A stretch of DNA of 64,000 nucleotides from Podarcis melisellensis (lineage: Eukaryota). The DNA lies in NCBI GenBank assembly GCA_964234715.1, contig OZ174277.1, one strand, 5' to 3'. Made by a program: the position numbers and the translations under genes. The notes below the pieces were generated by a model. It saw nothing but the letters and a program-made list of their open reading frames with translations. It had not been told where the DNA came from and ran no database searches. Of this stretch, positions 13,677 to 26,192 are shown one piece after another (position 1 is the first letter of the stretch; every line of letters begins with the position of its first letter).

Positions 13677-14402
13677 GTCTAAGCCATAGGAAAGACTAAC
13701 AACATTTTGAATTCAGACATAACACGCTACAATTAGTTGAAAACTGAAATTAAAGCTTCTAATATGCACCTCATGACGCTGGAAGAGCAAATGCATTAGC
13801 CCAATGCTTGAGCACTATGGTTTCATGTAACATCTCAACTCAGCCAAAAGACTTCTGTAAACACAATTTCTTCAACACTATGAAAAATTTGACCCGATGT
13901 CTAAGCACCACATATATGCATAGCAATTTGCTCCAACTTGTTCTTCCCGAAACTCCTGCCACCATCTTTGAGCAGGCTTCAATATAAGACAATAATATGA
14001 AAGCAGAAAGCAAGAAGAACTCAAGACCTGTGCTGTTAATAAGGGCACACAGGAACAGAGATTTCATCAAGCTCCTGCAAGTTTTCCAACAACAAAAACT
14101 CCTGAACTATTATTGGCAACAGATCCGAGGAGCAATTTTCTTCCCCTACTTCTTCTAAAGTAGCCCAATGCTCCATCTTCTCTACTTCATTTTCTGCTGT
14201 GCCATATTATTTCTGACAGTAACACATGACAGTACAGGCAGCTTAGATAGAGAGTTGTTGGAGTGAAAGTGGGATGGTCCTTCGCTTAGTCAGAAAAAGA
14301 TATCTATATGAAGTTCCACCAGTGATCTGCATGTCTCTGATTTGTATGTCTCTGTGTTGTTGTTTTTAAAATGCATGCGATACTGTTTGCACAAATACTT
14401 AC

Positions 14403-14444
14403 CATTTAAGATTCTGTTTTCTTCAGATACAATGGGGCAAGATT
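14403..14444 (-). CDS. CYB5R4: CYB5R4 coding exon 5 (linker)
   Basis: 42 nt, cttgcag|...|gtaagt; phase 1-1; ESCPIVSEENRILNG resembles mammalian ...EEEKKVLNG. Confidence 0.85.
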
Positions 14445-15189
14445 CTGCAAGTATGCAAGAAGAATGCTGTGATCATGAGAGCAAAAAACTCCCACAAGTT
14501 ATGCTACAATATGCAATCATTCTGGGCAAAACAAAACGAAACAAAAAAACTGAGGAAAAATAAAGAAGGCTCATCAAAGCTGAAGAGAAGAAAAATAAAG
14601 CATGCAAAAGAATAAAGATCAGTAAACTGAAGAGAAGAATATATCCAAGTGTAAATAAATGCAATTATTTGATGGGCTACTGGCATATATGATGAAAAAG
14701 TTAGTACAACCTTAGGAATTATATATTTAAAGCCACGGTTTCCCCAGTCTGGATACATTAACTGCATAACATATAAAAGTGACAAATTGAAAACTGGATT
14801 TCTTAGAAATGCTGCAAACCATGTTTAGCATTATGCTCCCAACATGTAGGATGCTGTACTGCTAATGACACAACTATCTGCTATATTTTCGGATAATGAA
14901 ACAATCTCTATGAAAACCACATGGAACTGCCTCATTATGCTACATCATTTATGTGTAGAGACTAGAATGATTTTTCCCCCCCTGCATGCCACTGTGCAAT
15001 GTTTGTGGTAGTGTGAATAAAAGCCATCCAGCTGCTATGGCAAGCCACTGTTTGCCACATGGCAGCACTTGCTGCAAGAAGCAGCTTAAAGCACATTTCA
15101 TTTAGCGCCCATTTATGTGCACCACCCCTAGGACTTGCTGCACCGGTGCTGCTTCAAATGGAATGCATTATAACCCTCTCAGTGGCAGT

Positions 15190-15652
15190 ACTCATGGCCT
15201 AGGACCCTCGTACTTATGGGACCACCTCTCCCGGTATGCCCCACGGAGATCCTCAAGGTCCACAAACAGCAACACCCTAGTGGTTCCGGGCCCTAGGGAA
15301 GTTAGATTAGCTTCAACCAGAGCCAGGGCCTTTTCAACTCTGGCTCCGGCCTGGTGGAACACTCTGCCTCATGAGACCAGGGCCCTGCAGGATCTGATTT
15401 CTTTCCGCAGGGCCTGTAAGACAGAGCTGTTCCGCCTGGCCTTTCGCTTGGAGCCAATTTGATTCCCTCCCCCTCTTTCTTTTTTCTTTTCCTTTCTCCT
15501 CCTGCGATGAGGCTACATTTTAATATTTTAATGTTTCAATATTTTAATGTTGTATTTTAATTTTGTTTTTAAGTTGTATTCATTCAACTTGTTTTTATTA
15601 TTGCTTGTTAGCCCGGCCTTGGCTGGGTAGGGCGGGGTATAAATAAAAATTA

Positions 15653-15690
<38 letters not shown>

Positions 15691-15700
15691 TACTACTACT
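15190..15700 (+). mobile_element. L2 LINE 3' end with (TAT)n/(TAC)n tail
   Basis: GLGPSYLWDHL...RAFSTLAPAWWNTLP...FRRACKTELFRLAF*, then 3'UTR and microsatellite tail. Confidence 0.88.
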
Positions 15701-17712
15701 ACTCTGGACAAGTCATCTTTGCCCCTTTCACCTGCAAGCAAACTGCAGGAAACGCTAGACTAAAGTTTACAACCTGTAACTAACAGTGCATTTTAATGTT
15801 GTCATTCCTAAGTCGGGCCTTTGAAAATGTATAGTACTTTGTATAGAGCTGATGTCTTATCAGCAGACATTTTTAGGAATGGAATGATCTCTATATGGAA
15901 TACTGAAAGCTTGGGATACTTTGCCCTACTCTTTAAACTTTGGCTACAGCACATTCATTTACATGTTATTTTTTCATAAAGGAAAAAAAAATAGATACTT
16001 TTCAAATATAGTATCAGGTCCCGACAACTGGGGATAAATGAACTGTTTAACTGCTACTTTGTTCTCAAATAATTCAGATAGTCTTCACTCTAAATGTAAA
16101 TGTACCAAAAATGCCAACAAACAGCAAACTATGGCCACAAACACAGCTTGCTCGAGTCTCTAGCTGTGCTTTAGGCTTGTGGGTTTTTTGGTGTTTGTTT
16201 GTTTTTTCAAATTGCGATCATCTCTGCCACATAAAGACCACCTCTGCTTTTTAATATTTTTAATGGATTTCAAAAGCAGTGGTGAGTGGCAGGCTCTCAT
16301 TTTTTCAAGAAGCACCACAAGTCCCATGGGATGCATATGTAAGCCCCAGAGATTGCCTAATGAAGGACCTCTGGAGATTATATCCAAAATTTCCCCCTTA
16401 AGATTATTGCTTCTTGTCGTTGTTAGTATTTGTTCTTAGAGCTAGGAAAGACAAACAGCTAAATTACTGTACAATGAACTATCTTAAGTAGAAGAAATAC
16501 TGTAACTATTAATTTAGCTTTGTATATGAAGCTGACTTTTGAAAGGCTGTATTGGAAGGTGATACTCAGTATAATTTAAAAGTGCCAAATAAAATGAAAG
16601 GATATTGATCTATGTCTATTACACTGAAAAGGAAATTTTCGTAGTTCTCCTTTATAAGACATTCTAAAGAGCCTCCATTTCCTCGCTGAATCCAGGAGTT
16701 CGATATCATTATAGAGTGTGCAACAGAAATTAGAGGAAGAAAACAAGCTTTCAGCATCACACAAGTCAGCAAGAAGTCATGAAGAAGCTACTACCCTGGA
16801 GCAAACAGAAGACGTAGAGCAAAAGCTGGCAGAGCTTATGGGAGGCAGGAGATAATGATCATTCACAACCTCAAAATTGCCTATGATGCCCAATTCTTTA
16901 ATGCTATTTTAATCACATAAAAGTTATAAACCTGCACCAAGACCATTTGTTTTAAAACCCTGTTCTTGTACTTAAAAGATGCCTTAGCCAATCTGGATTC
17001 TACAGATTCTGCTCAACTAGAAGACTACTCTTGGTTACGTTTCTACACAGCAGCATCCTAGTATAACTCACAGTGTCAGCTACATAGCAACAATAAAACC
17101 CAGTCTCCTGAGCTCTCTGTTGTGTTGACACAGCAAGCAAATTAAAACAAGAAGCTAGAACATCGCCTTTTAAAGCTGAACCAACACTTGGCAAGCATTA
17201 AAAATAAATTTTAACAAAACTGTGCTACTCAGGAGTATGTATTGAGGGAAGGGAACCATGGCTCTGCAGAGGTAACACAATGAACTAGTTTTGCACATCC
17301 AAGAATTCAATCTAACAAACGCTCCTTATCATAAGCAAGCCTCAGTTAAATGAATGGGTCTTTAATAACAGGCAGATCATGAGCGCACTAATTTGCCCAT
17401 GGATTATCATTGCATCCAAACTCAGGTGCTTAACTGGTCAATGCTAAGGGCCTCAACAAAAGACAATTTAGGTGTGCACATACACTGTAAAGTGTAATGC
17501 AGCAATGTGTTTGAAAATTCAGGTATCACAGAGGAAGCCAGAATTGGCTACGTCTCTCTGTCAAGTTACACTAGCAAGGGAAATTGATTTTGGTATGGAA
17601 TGTGTCAATGAACCTTACTCCAACATAAATGGGATTAGGATTGCACCTAGTTTTTTTTTAAAAAAAACCTTATTAAACAAATTATTATTAAACACACACA
17701 CACAGCGTATAC

Positions 17713-17797
17713 CTTTCAAAGCAGCAAAAGGTTTGAGTGCCATTCTTCCAACCATACACTCTTTCAGCATCGATTCATAATTAACCCAGCGATGAAC
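17713..17797 (-). CDS. CYB5R4: CYB5R4 coding exon 4 (second heme-ligand His)
   Basis: 85 nt, cag|...|gtatac; VHRWVNYESMLKECMVGRMALKPFAALK. Confidence 0.95.
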
Positions 17798-18406
17798 CTG
17801 CATGTAGAAGAAACCAGGACTATTTTAGAGGATTCGGGCACTTACAATAACACTTGCTTCTAAGCAACTGTAAAGGTATAGTAAAAAAAATAATGAAAAC
17901 TTGTTACATAGAACTTCTGAATGAAAACAAACAGAAGCAGAGGTAGGTCCTGATCCACCATGGAGACAGAGGTACTAAAGTGGCATAATATGCTTTTCAT
18001 TTTTAAGAAATGTAAACTCAAATAGGAACAATGAAACTAACACATGGAGTAGCACTTAAGCTTCTGATTTAGCTATTTAAGAGGGCACCTTGCTGAAGTT
18101 GTACCCAATTGCTCAACAAGTGCATTATATAAATGAATTTTCAGTTTATTTTGGGAGTGGACTCTCTTTCCTTTCCTCTCACCTGGCCAAGAGGAACACA
18201 ACGGAAGCTTTTACTTCAAAATAACACATCTTACAACTCAAAACATCAAAAAGTTGTTGTTTATCACGATACACACATTATACACAATTCATTTTAAAAT
18301 ATAGTAAATTACAGAATAGTGTCTTCTTCAAGCAACAGAATGCTTTATAGTGTGCAGCTTTCGGATTAAGTTTTGATGAACTGAATATGACCTGTAGTCT
18401 CTTTAC

Positions 18407-18507
18407 CTGATCAAATAGCTCTGTGCCATCAGCTCCTGCTGCTTTCATCAACTCATCTTCGCCACCAGGGTGATATTCCATATATGGTGTGATATTATAC
18501 ACGAGAC
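18407..18507 (-). CDS. CYB5R4: CYB5R4 coding exon 3 (cytochrome b5 domain, HPGG heme motif)
   Basis: 101 nt, AG/GT flanked; [34 protein letters not shown]. Confidence 0.97.
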
Positions 18508-18587
18508 CTACAATTTTCGTAAAAAGAATTTTTAAAAATCCAATTAAAACATGCAGCATGCCCTCTATGAAAAAAAAAATTAAAAAT

Positions 18588-18626
18588 CTATCTATCTATC
18601 AATCTATCTATCTATCTATCTATCTA
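18588..18626 (+). repeat. (CTAT)n microsatellite
   Basis: Directly visible. Confidence 0.9.
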
Positions 18627-19042
18627 CATTGCTCTTTTATTATTTTGGCAACACTGAAACAGGAAATTGTACAATGAAAGTGGTTATATTCACAAAAAGA
18701 CAGGAATGCCATGCTAGGTAAACCTAAGGCACAATATTAAAGCACATGTGAGAGCTTATGTTCTGGTGACTAGGCATCTGAGAGTCCAGAATCTGGAGTC
18801 ACATCTATCCTTGCTTCAGAGGAAGTGGTAGATCCAAGCATACATCCCTTTCCTATGTGCATGGTTACCCTTTCCCCTAATCAATGGAGATGTAGTCACA
18901 TTGGGAAGAGCTCTGTGCATGCACCGCAACATGCAAGGAACCAGGAAAATACATATATTTACTTTTGCAGCCAACTACTGAATCGGAATGATCACAGGTA
19001 AAATATTATATCCAGTGCTGTAAACTGTTCTACGGTTGTAGA

Positions 19043-19737
19043 TGTTATAAGAATTTTAAGGTCATATATATATATATTCATAAATGTATAAACCACATGT
19101 CTGAAACCGCTCAGAACAAAGTCCAGAAACCATTTTGTCTCTCCCAAATGACCTCAAATATTTCTCTGCAAGGTGAAAGGAAAAGGTGAGCCTCCCCATT
19201 GTCTCTTTGCTCACAAATCCTGTCTCAAGGGCACATTTAAGATATGAATGGGGTGAGCCTGTGACCTGGATTCAGGGATTGAGTAGTTATTATAACAAAC
19301 GAGTGGCCAGGATGCCCAGGTAATCCAATCAGGTAACCTGGCAGACAGGATAAAAACAACTCACTCAGATTTCTGTTGTAGTCCGTCCCTTCTCTGATGT
19401 ATGTATGATCTATTTGGGGTAGTGGTCTTGGGCTACACCCCTTCTGTGATGTATGTATGGTGTATGGAGCCATGGTTTTGAACTACAGGGTGGGCAATTC
19501 AAAAGTCTATATAAGGGCTTGCACACCTTTGTCCTGGGTCATCCTCCTCTCTCCTGCATGTGGGGGGAGCATCCTGTTGCAACAGCTTTAATAAAGATCA
19601 GGCTTACTAGCTGCTTTGCTTCTCAAGATTCTCTGGTTGGCCTCTTATTTTCTCCTACTGATGAAGAACCTACAAAGGACTCTATAAGGGCTCTTGTGGA
19701 CCTCATAAGGGAAAGGGAACAGTTTTTGTTTACAACA
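19043..19737 (+). mobile_element. Solo LTR (ERV/Gypsy-type) in CYB5R4 intron 2
   Basis: TGTTATAA...TTACAACA termini, 4-bp TSD TAGA, TATATAA 19508-19514, AATAAA 19590-19595. Confidence 0.85.
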
Positions 19738-19933
19738 TAGACAAGGGATCCACTCTAAGAAAAGTATTTGCTGATAAATCAGAACTGTGGTGTTCTCTCT
19801 CATTACACAGACTTGCAAACTTGCAAAGCTAGAGAGCTACAACAAATCTACTAGGTTTCAAAAATGTTCCAAGACTGTGTGTGTATAACACTGTCTATTT
19901 AGCAGTAGCACAAGATAATAATAATAATGGACT

Positions 19934-20712
19934 AACTAACTGCACCCCCGCAAGAGATGGGAGTTGCCCCCCCAATCCCATATCGTCCCGTCCCAGCCAC
20001 AGGACCTCTGTCTTCGAAGGATTTAGCTTCAACCGGCTCCCACGTAACCATCCAGCCACAGCTTCCAAACATCTGGTCAGTGTGTCTGGGGCCGAGTCAG
20101 GATGGCCATCCATCAACAGATAGAGTTGGGTGTCATCGGCATACTGATGGCAACCCAGCCCAAAACTCCGGACAAGATGGGCGAGGGGGCGCATAAAGAT
20201 GTTGAAAAGCATCGGGGAGAGTATCGCACCCTAAGGTACTCCACACACCACGAAGTGGCACAATGACAAATCCCTCCCAAGCGCCACCCTCTGTCCCCGA
20301 CCAGAGAGAAACAAGCGCAGCCATTGAAGGACTGTGCCCTGGATCCCCACGTTGGCAAGGCAGTGGTCCAGGAGTTCGTGATCGACCATGTCGAAAGCTG
20401 CTGACAGATCTAGAAGAATCAGCAGCCCTGACCCACCTCGATCCAGCTGTCTACGAAGATCATCTGTTAGGGCAACCAGAGCCGTCTCGGTCCCATGACC
20501 AGCGCGAAAGCCGGACTGGAATGGATCCAGAGCCGATGTTTCATCCAGAAACCCACCAAGCTGTTCAGCAACCACTCTCTCAATCACCTTACCCAGGAAC
20601 GGAAGATTTGAAACCGGGCGGTAATTGGATAGATCTAAAGGATCTAATGATGTTTTCTTTAAGAGCGGGTGCACCACTGCCTCCCAGTTCCCCTGGGAAT
20701 GTCCCCGTGCCA
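19934..20712 (-). mobile_element. L2-clade LINE reverse transcriptase fragment (frameshifted)
   Basis: ORFs contain NYRPVSNLPFLGKVIE, QSGFRAGHGTETAL, LDLSAAFD, YADDTQLY, LKLNPSKTE. Confidence 0.93.
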
Positions 20713-21187
20713 GGATACAGAGAATAATGCTTTAGGGATTCATGGACCACTTGTCCAAACATCTTAGCTCAATACAGATGTCACATAACAAAGCCTTTCA
20801 TCCAATATGCACTCAGAATGCCATCTAGTGTAAAGTGCTGAGCACTGCATATCGGAAAAGGTATGTTAACTCTGAAAGCAGATTCAGTCACTTTTTTGTT
20901 GATAGGTATCTTTGCAGAGCGTCCTGGGCAGACAGGTGAATTTATAACATCACTGATAAAAAATCAGAAGCGGGTATTTCACCACTCAGAATGGCGTGAG
21001 TGCCATTTTAAAGGCTATCACAATGTAGCTGATGTCATAGAAAGGATCCAAATTTGTTCATAATGCATGGCAGTGCTTTTCTTTCTCAAATCATGCGACC
21101 CACAGAAAATGTAGGTGATGCCAGCAAGTCAATACATACAAATTTATATAAGGTGTGCTTCCCACTATCACTTGAACAAGATTTTAA

Positions 21188-21386
21188 TTACAGATAGGTA
21201 GCCGTGTTGGTCTGGCATAGTCGAAACAAAATAAAATAAATAAAATAAAATAAATTCCTTCCAACTAACTTAGTTATTGGTATAAGCTGATAGCAATAAC
21301 TAACTTAGTTGGTCTCTAAGGTGCTACGCTTCTGGAATGATTTTTTTTTAAAAAATAATTTTTAATTTTTATTTTATTTTGTTTTG
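21188..21386. mobile_element. Penelope-like inverted (fold-back) remnant
   Basis: gtagccgtgttggtctg...gtcgaaacaaaat arm with an inverted arm (ttggtctctaaggtgctac...ttttgttttgac); 12-bp flanking duplication ACAAGATTTTAA; family from recall. Confidence 0.65.
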
Positions 21387-22254
21387 ACAAGATTTTAAGA
21401 CTTTTTTTGGGGGGAGCATGTCAGTTGTACAGTGGCATTTAACAGGTGTGTGTAAATACATATATTACTGTAATTAATGGTACTCTTCATAGCAAGGCAA
21501 CTCAGTGATTATTTTGGTATATTAGATTCCTTATTCATGTTTCAACCAAGACCTACAACAAGCAATTTTGCCTTTGCATTTAGTGCTTTCCTAAAGCACA
21601 AAGCAATTATAGCTATTACCATGCATTACATCTGTGCAGCTTGGCAAAATACAATCTACTATAGATAAATGTTTCATATTTTCCGGAGCATTAAAACTAC
21701 AGCTGAGAGAGGAATGAGTTCCAAGCTGGCCAATGCCAGCAATATACTCCACCTGGAGGTATTTTTTAAAATGAAAAGCAGCACTCAAGAGCACAAAAAT
21801 AAACAGTGAAAATGGAACAAAGATGTTTACAATGTTTGCCAGACTCTGTTTGTCAAGTCCAAGGCCAACAAGGGGGAAAACACACTGGAAGAAAAGTAGA
21901 GGTTAGTACAAGGGAACACATATTGTATTAGGTCTTCCAGAGAAATCTAACAATGTATTACCTTGAATTCATGGACCCTAGCTCTATCAACAGCAATTCA
22001 CTATGATGCCAAATATAATGTAGAGTCAACATGTACAAAAGCTCTACTTTCAGAGGCATCAAGCCTGTCTCTACTAGAAGCAGAATGCTGGCCCTTGGTT
22101 TTCTCCTGCAAGGCAATTAATTTGTCCCACAAACCTCGCAGAAGCATTCTGTAAGCACAGTCTGTGTGTCATTTGGCTCTCAGCCTATTAGTGTACTGGT
22201 CAGGACGCAACCAGGAATGAAAAGTACAGTCCAGGGAGTCAAATGATCTTACAG

Positions 22255-22456
22255 AGAAATACAGGAAGCTGCCTTATACCAAGTCAGTCCCCTGGGTCCA
22301 TCTAGCTCAGCATTGTCTACAGACTCTACACTGATTGGCCATGACTCTCCAGGTTTTCAGACAAGGTTATCTCCCTGATCTACCTAGAGATGCTGGGGAA
22401 ATGAACTTGGGACGTTCTGCAGGCAAAGCAAATGCTCTTCCATTGAGCTATGGCCC
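22255..22456 (-). mobile_element. tRNA-Ala-derived SINE (Squam2-like)
   Basis: ggaagctgccttatac...ctagctcag...gagatgctgggga...tgagctatggccc. Confidence 0.72.
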
Positions 22457-23741
22457 TCTCCAAATATTATTCTTCCATTTGAGGAAAAACAGGTGTTTGG
22501 TGGTTCATATCCTGTTTGTCTCTTTCTAGCATAAAAAAGCAAGGACTCAAACCTGAACCAAAACTTTTTTTCCTGAACCTGAACAGAATTAAGTCCATTT
22601 GACTGCTGATCTCAGGATTCTTATAAGACAGGACGGACAGTCCAACTTTTCATATCAAGAGGGCCACAAGAGTACTTTGAGACGGAGCCTGCGAGCTGCA
22701 CACTGCCTTGTTGTGTGGGGGAGCAAGGCCAAAAATTCACACACACCAGCCTTCATGCTGCCTTCCTGAAGCCAGCTAAGCAAGGTGCTAGACTTTGGAA
22801 AGGAGGCATAAGGCTCTGGAAGAGTCCTAGAGCCCCTCCCACAGCTGGGAAAATGCTAACTGGGCTTTGGGAAGGCAGCAGGAGGACTCTAGAATCCGGT
22901 CAGAGCCCCCATGCCTCCTTCCCAAAGGCCAGCACCTCCTCTCCTGGCGTTGAGAAGGCAGTGTGAGGGCTGTGGAGGGTGTAATCAAATGTTGCCACAG
23001 TCACCAAAAGAGGCTCGAGGGCCACATGCAGTCCTTGGGTTGTATGCTGAACCACCCTGTAATAGGAGAAAGAGAACCTAGGCCTTGGAGCACACATACC
23101 ATCTGCTCCTGTCAGAACGATCAATGGTCTGAGAAAACCGCTGCGGCAGATCCTGCCCCACCTTCTCTTGGACAACCCTGAGGGAGCCCAGGAAAGGAAG
23201 AACACATACCATCAGCTCACAGTTGGCCTGAAATGACTTTGTGACTCTTCATTTTAAATAACGTATTTGTTTTGATGCTTTAAAATAGTAAACTGCCTAG
23301 GGTGCTTTGGCAGAAAGGGAATTGCAGTCCAACAACCTCTGGTCTATTGTCTTTACTAAAGGGGCATCCATCCCCCACGTCCCCTAGTGGGCATTAAATT
23401 TCAAAAGCACTCTCTGCACCCCCATTGAGAATTCCACAAATCTGTTTCTACTTTGCTTATGACAGAGGATATACATTTGCAGTGTATTTCCAGTAAATGA
23501 AAGGCAAGGATAACTCTTTGGAAAGTGAGTGAGGGAAAAAAAGAATATGCTCAAAGCAAAATTTTGGACAATACAGTTACATGTGTTCACTTGCTTCTAT
23601 CTAAATGCTAAATAGCATTGTTATTAACTAATCTCATTACCTAAGCTCTAATAAAACTTTTAAACCACTTACGCATATTTATTTTGTTATATTTCTTTCC
23701 TCTATATAAGAGTGGCTGGGGAAACCCAGCCAGATGGGCAG

Positions 23742-24680
23742 CATAGCTGTCAAGTTACAGATCTGAAAATAAGGGACCAGCAGCCAGAATAAGGGATTTT
23801 AGTCAACTAGCTGAAATACGAAGTTAAAAGGGACCGGATAATTTGGGAGAGCAGTGCCGGTTTTTAGCTCTTCGTTTCCAGAGATTGCTGCTCAAGACAC
23901 CAGCTGATGAAACACTGCAATTAAATAACTACAAGCAGCAACCACTTTTCGCGCAAAACAAAGTCCAAGCTACGAAGATGCTGCTGCAGTTCTGTATCTT
24001 TTCTCTCGTGCTCCATCTGCAGCTCTCAGTTCCATCAGGTGGGGCAGGAGGAATTGGGGGGGGGGGGGGAATAGCGCCCGAAGTAAACCCACAGATCAGA
24101 CCATATATGTTAGTCTACCACTACAAATCTATGGGAGAAGCGCTTGCGGTCCTTCCCTTGTAGCCCTTGGAAAACCTGCCCGTGCCTCCGCCTCCACCTC
24201 TTCCTTCTTTCTCTGAACTGCTTTCTCTATGGTTGCCCTCGCTCTCCTCTAACGGCACCTCAGCAATTCATAGGCAATGCCAGGCTGCCCATCTCATCCG
24301 GGTCCTTCGGCGACACAGCCACAGTACGGCCTAGCGGGAGCAGCGGCAACGGGCAGAGGGGAGGCCCCAGGCAGAGACGGTCAGTTTGGCGGCCGCGAGG
24401 ATGGTGGCGGAAGGGCCCAAGGCTCCCGCCAGTCCCAGCAGGGAGGGGCTCCCAGGAGCTCAGGCTGGTGAGAGGAGGCCGGAGGGGGGCGGGCCAGACA
24501 GCCAAGCAACACAGTTGGAGCCTCCCTCCTCCCTGGCTGGCAGGGAGGGAGGGAGGGAGAGGAGAGGCTTCCTTTGAAACTCGGGAAATTTAAGGGACAT
24601 CCATCAATAAGGGACAGCAGCAAGACATGGCGCTGGGATAAGGGACTGTCCCTCCAAATAAGGGACGCTTGACAGCTATG
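23742..24680. mobile_element. Non-autonomous hAT transposon (939 bp) nested in an L2 tail
   Basis: TIR CATAGCTGTCAAG / CTTGACAGCTATG; perfect 8-bp TSD ATGGGCAG; subterminal ATAAGGGAC repeats. Confidence 0.92.
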
Positions 24681-24700
24681 ATGGGCAGGGTATAAATAAA

Positions 24701-24742
<42 letters not shown>

Positions 24743-24811
24743 GCATAAAAACTTTGGGGGGAAATAAGTAGCAATAGCACATTCATAAGAAATGTCAACA
24801 GAGTAGCCTAC

Positions 24812-24965
24812 CTCTTATGCATATCCAACAGTCAGTCCTCTTATTATGCTTAGCAAGCTCTTCTTCAGTCACCTCTATTAATCTTCCTTTTAGACCGGTT
24901 AGATCTTTCCCACTTTTAGTTAATCGAATCCAGTCCATAAGACTTCGGCCTGGTTTCAAAGGTAC
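24812..24965 (-). CDS. CYB5R4: CYB5R4 coding exon 2
   Basis: 154 nt, ctag|...|gtaggc; VPLKPGRSLMDWIRLTKSGKDLTGLKGRLIEVTEEELAKHNKRTDCWICIR(G). Confidence 0.97.
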
Positions 24966-25342
24966 CTAGAAAGGAAGATAAGTTTGTGGAGGAAGATAAG
25001 TTTATTAAATAATTAGCAACAAAAAGCAGAAGTAGATTGGTTTCTTACCATCCTTTATGGTGAACAGCAAAAAACCTCGTTTAATTCTGGCACACAAAGA
25101 CAAAGCTATGCAAAGCAGAAGAAAATAACCTTCAAACAGAGCCATAGCAGACAATGGTGAGGAAAGTTAGCATGCAGGACTGCTTCTGAGGTAAATAAGA
25201 ATATGTAATCTAATAATCAGAAAAACTGGGGGAGGGAAATTCAATTTATTCCAGCCAAGTTCTCCTATCCAAACACATTTCCCTGAACAGACTCTTGGAA
25301 TGGGGTATAGTTTAAGGTTTTTTCAGGCTGTGTGTGTTGCTG

Positions 25343-25460
25343 TTATTAATATTATTATAATTATATTATATTATATATTATTATTATTATGTATAATTAT
25401 ATTATATATTATAATTATAATATTATTATAATATATTATAATTATTATAGTGTTATTAAT
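25343..25460 (+). repeat. AT-rich low-complexity (TAT/TAA) tract
   Basis: Directly visible. Confidence 0.9.
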
Positions 25461-26105
25461 ATTCACTTTCTGTATTTTAGATCTTATAATTTATGTGGAA
25501 ATTGTTTAACTTGGTTGTGTACTTTTGATATTTTAGTTATTATTTATGGCTATTTTTGTTATGTTCATAATTAGGGATTTTTTCATGTTGTTAGCTGTCT
25601 TGAGCATGACTTGAACTATGGAAATGTGGCATAAAAATAAATGTATGTAACCAAGCCCCACGAACATTATAGCTAATGGTCTAGGCTCTTGAATTAATTT
25701 TTTTTATCACAATTTCATATCCCGGCTTGTCTGTAAGCCAGTAACTATAGTTTCCTGGTTTTGATGTAGTGGGAAGTTACGGTTACCATAACTGTGGCTT
25801 TGTGCCATATTTCACCGCTCATGGGAAGGGAGGAGTAAAGTAACTACTTAATAAGCCAATATTTTATAACATAAATGCAGTCATTGTGCATTTAAGTGCT
25901 CTAAGTGCACAATTTAGGCTTGGTCTTTACTTCTATATGAAATTAAACCAGAGACAACATTGGGCCAGGCAGTGGGAGGAGAGAGAGAAGATATACAAAC
26001 TAGAAAGACAAGCATACAGCAAATCTCTTTGTCAAGGAGACTATGCTTTAAATGCAATTGAGAACATGTAACACAGGGGATTTTGAGGGAGGCTATTGTT
26101 TCCCC

Positions 26106-26192
26106 TATTAATTGCCTGGCGTGCTCTGGTGCATGAGGTCACGAAGAGTCGGACACGACTAAACGACTAAACAAACAAACAAACAAACAAAC
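26106..26192 (+). mobile_element. Short BovB/RTE 3' tail
   Basis: Matches the end of the 49.3-kb copy; TSD ATTGTTTCCCC; (AAAC)n tail. Confidence 0.85.

Noticed and set aside
24144-24593. 149-aa GC-rich ORF / apparent CpG-island gene
   Set aside because: Lies wholly inside a TIR/TSD-bounded hAT element; low complexity and no recognisable domain
24972-25003. 14-bp tandem duplication in the exon 2 polypyrimidine tract
   Set aside because: Ordinary slippage duplication; the acceptor AG is intact and no new AG is created
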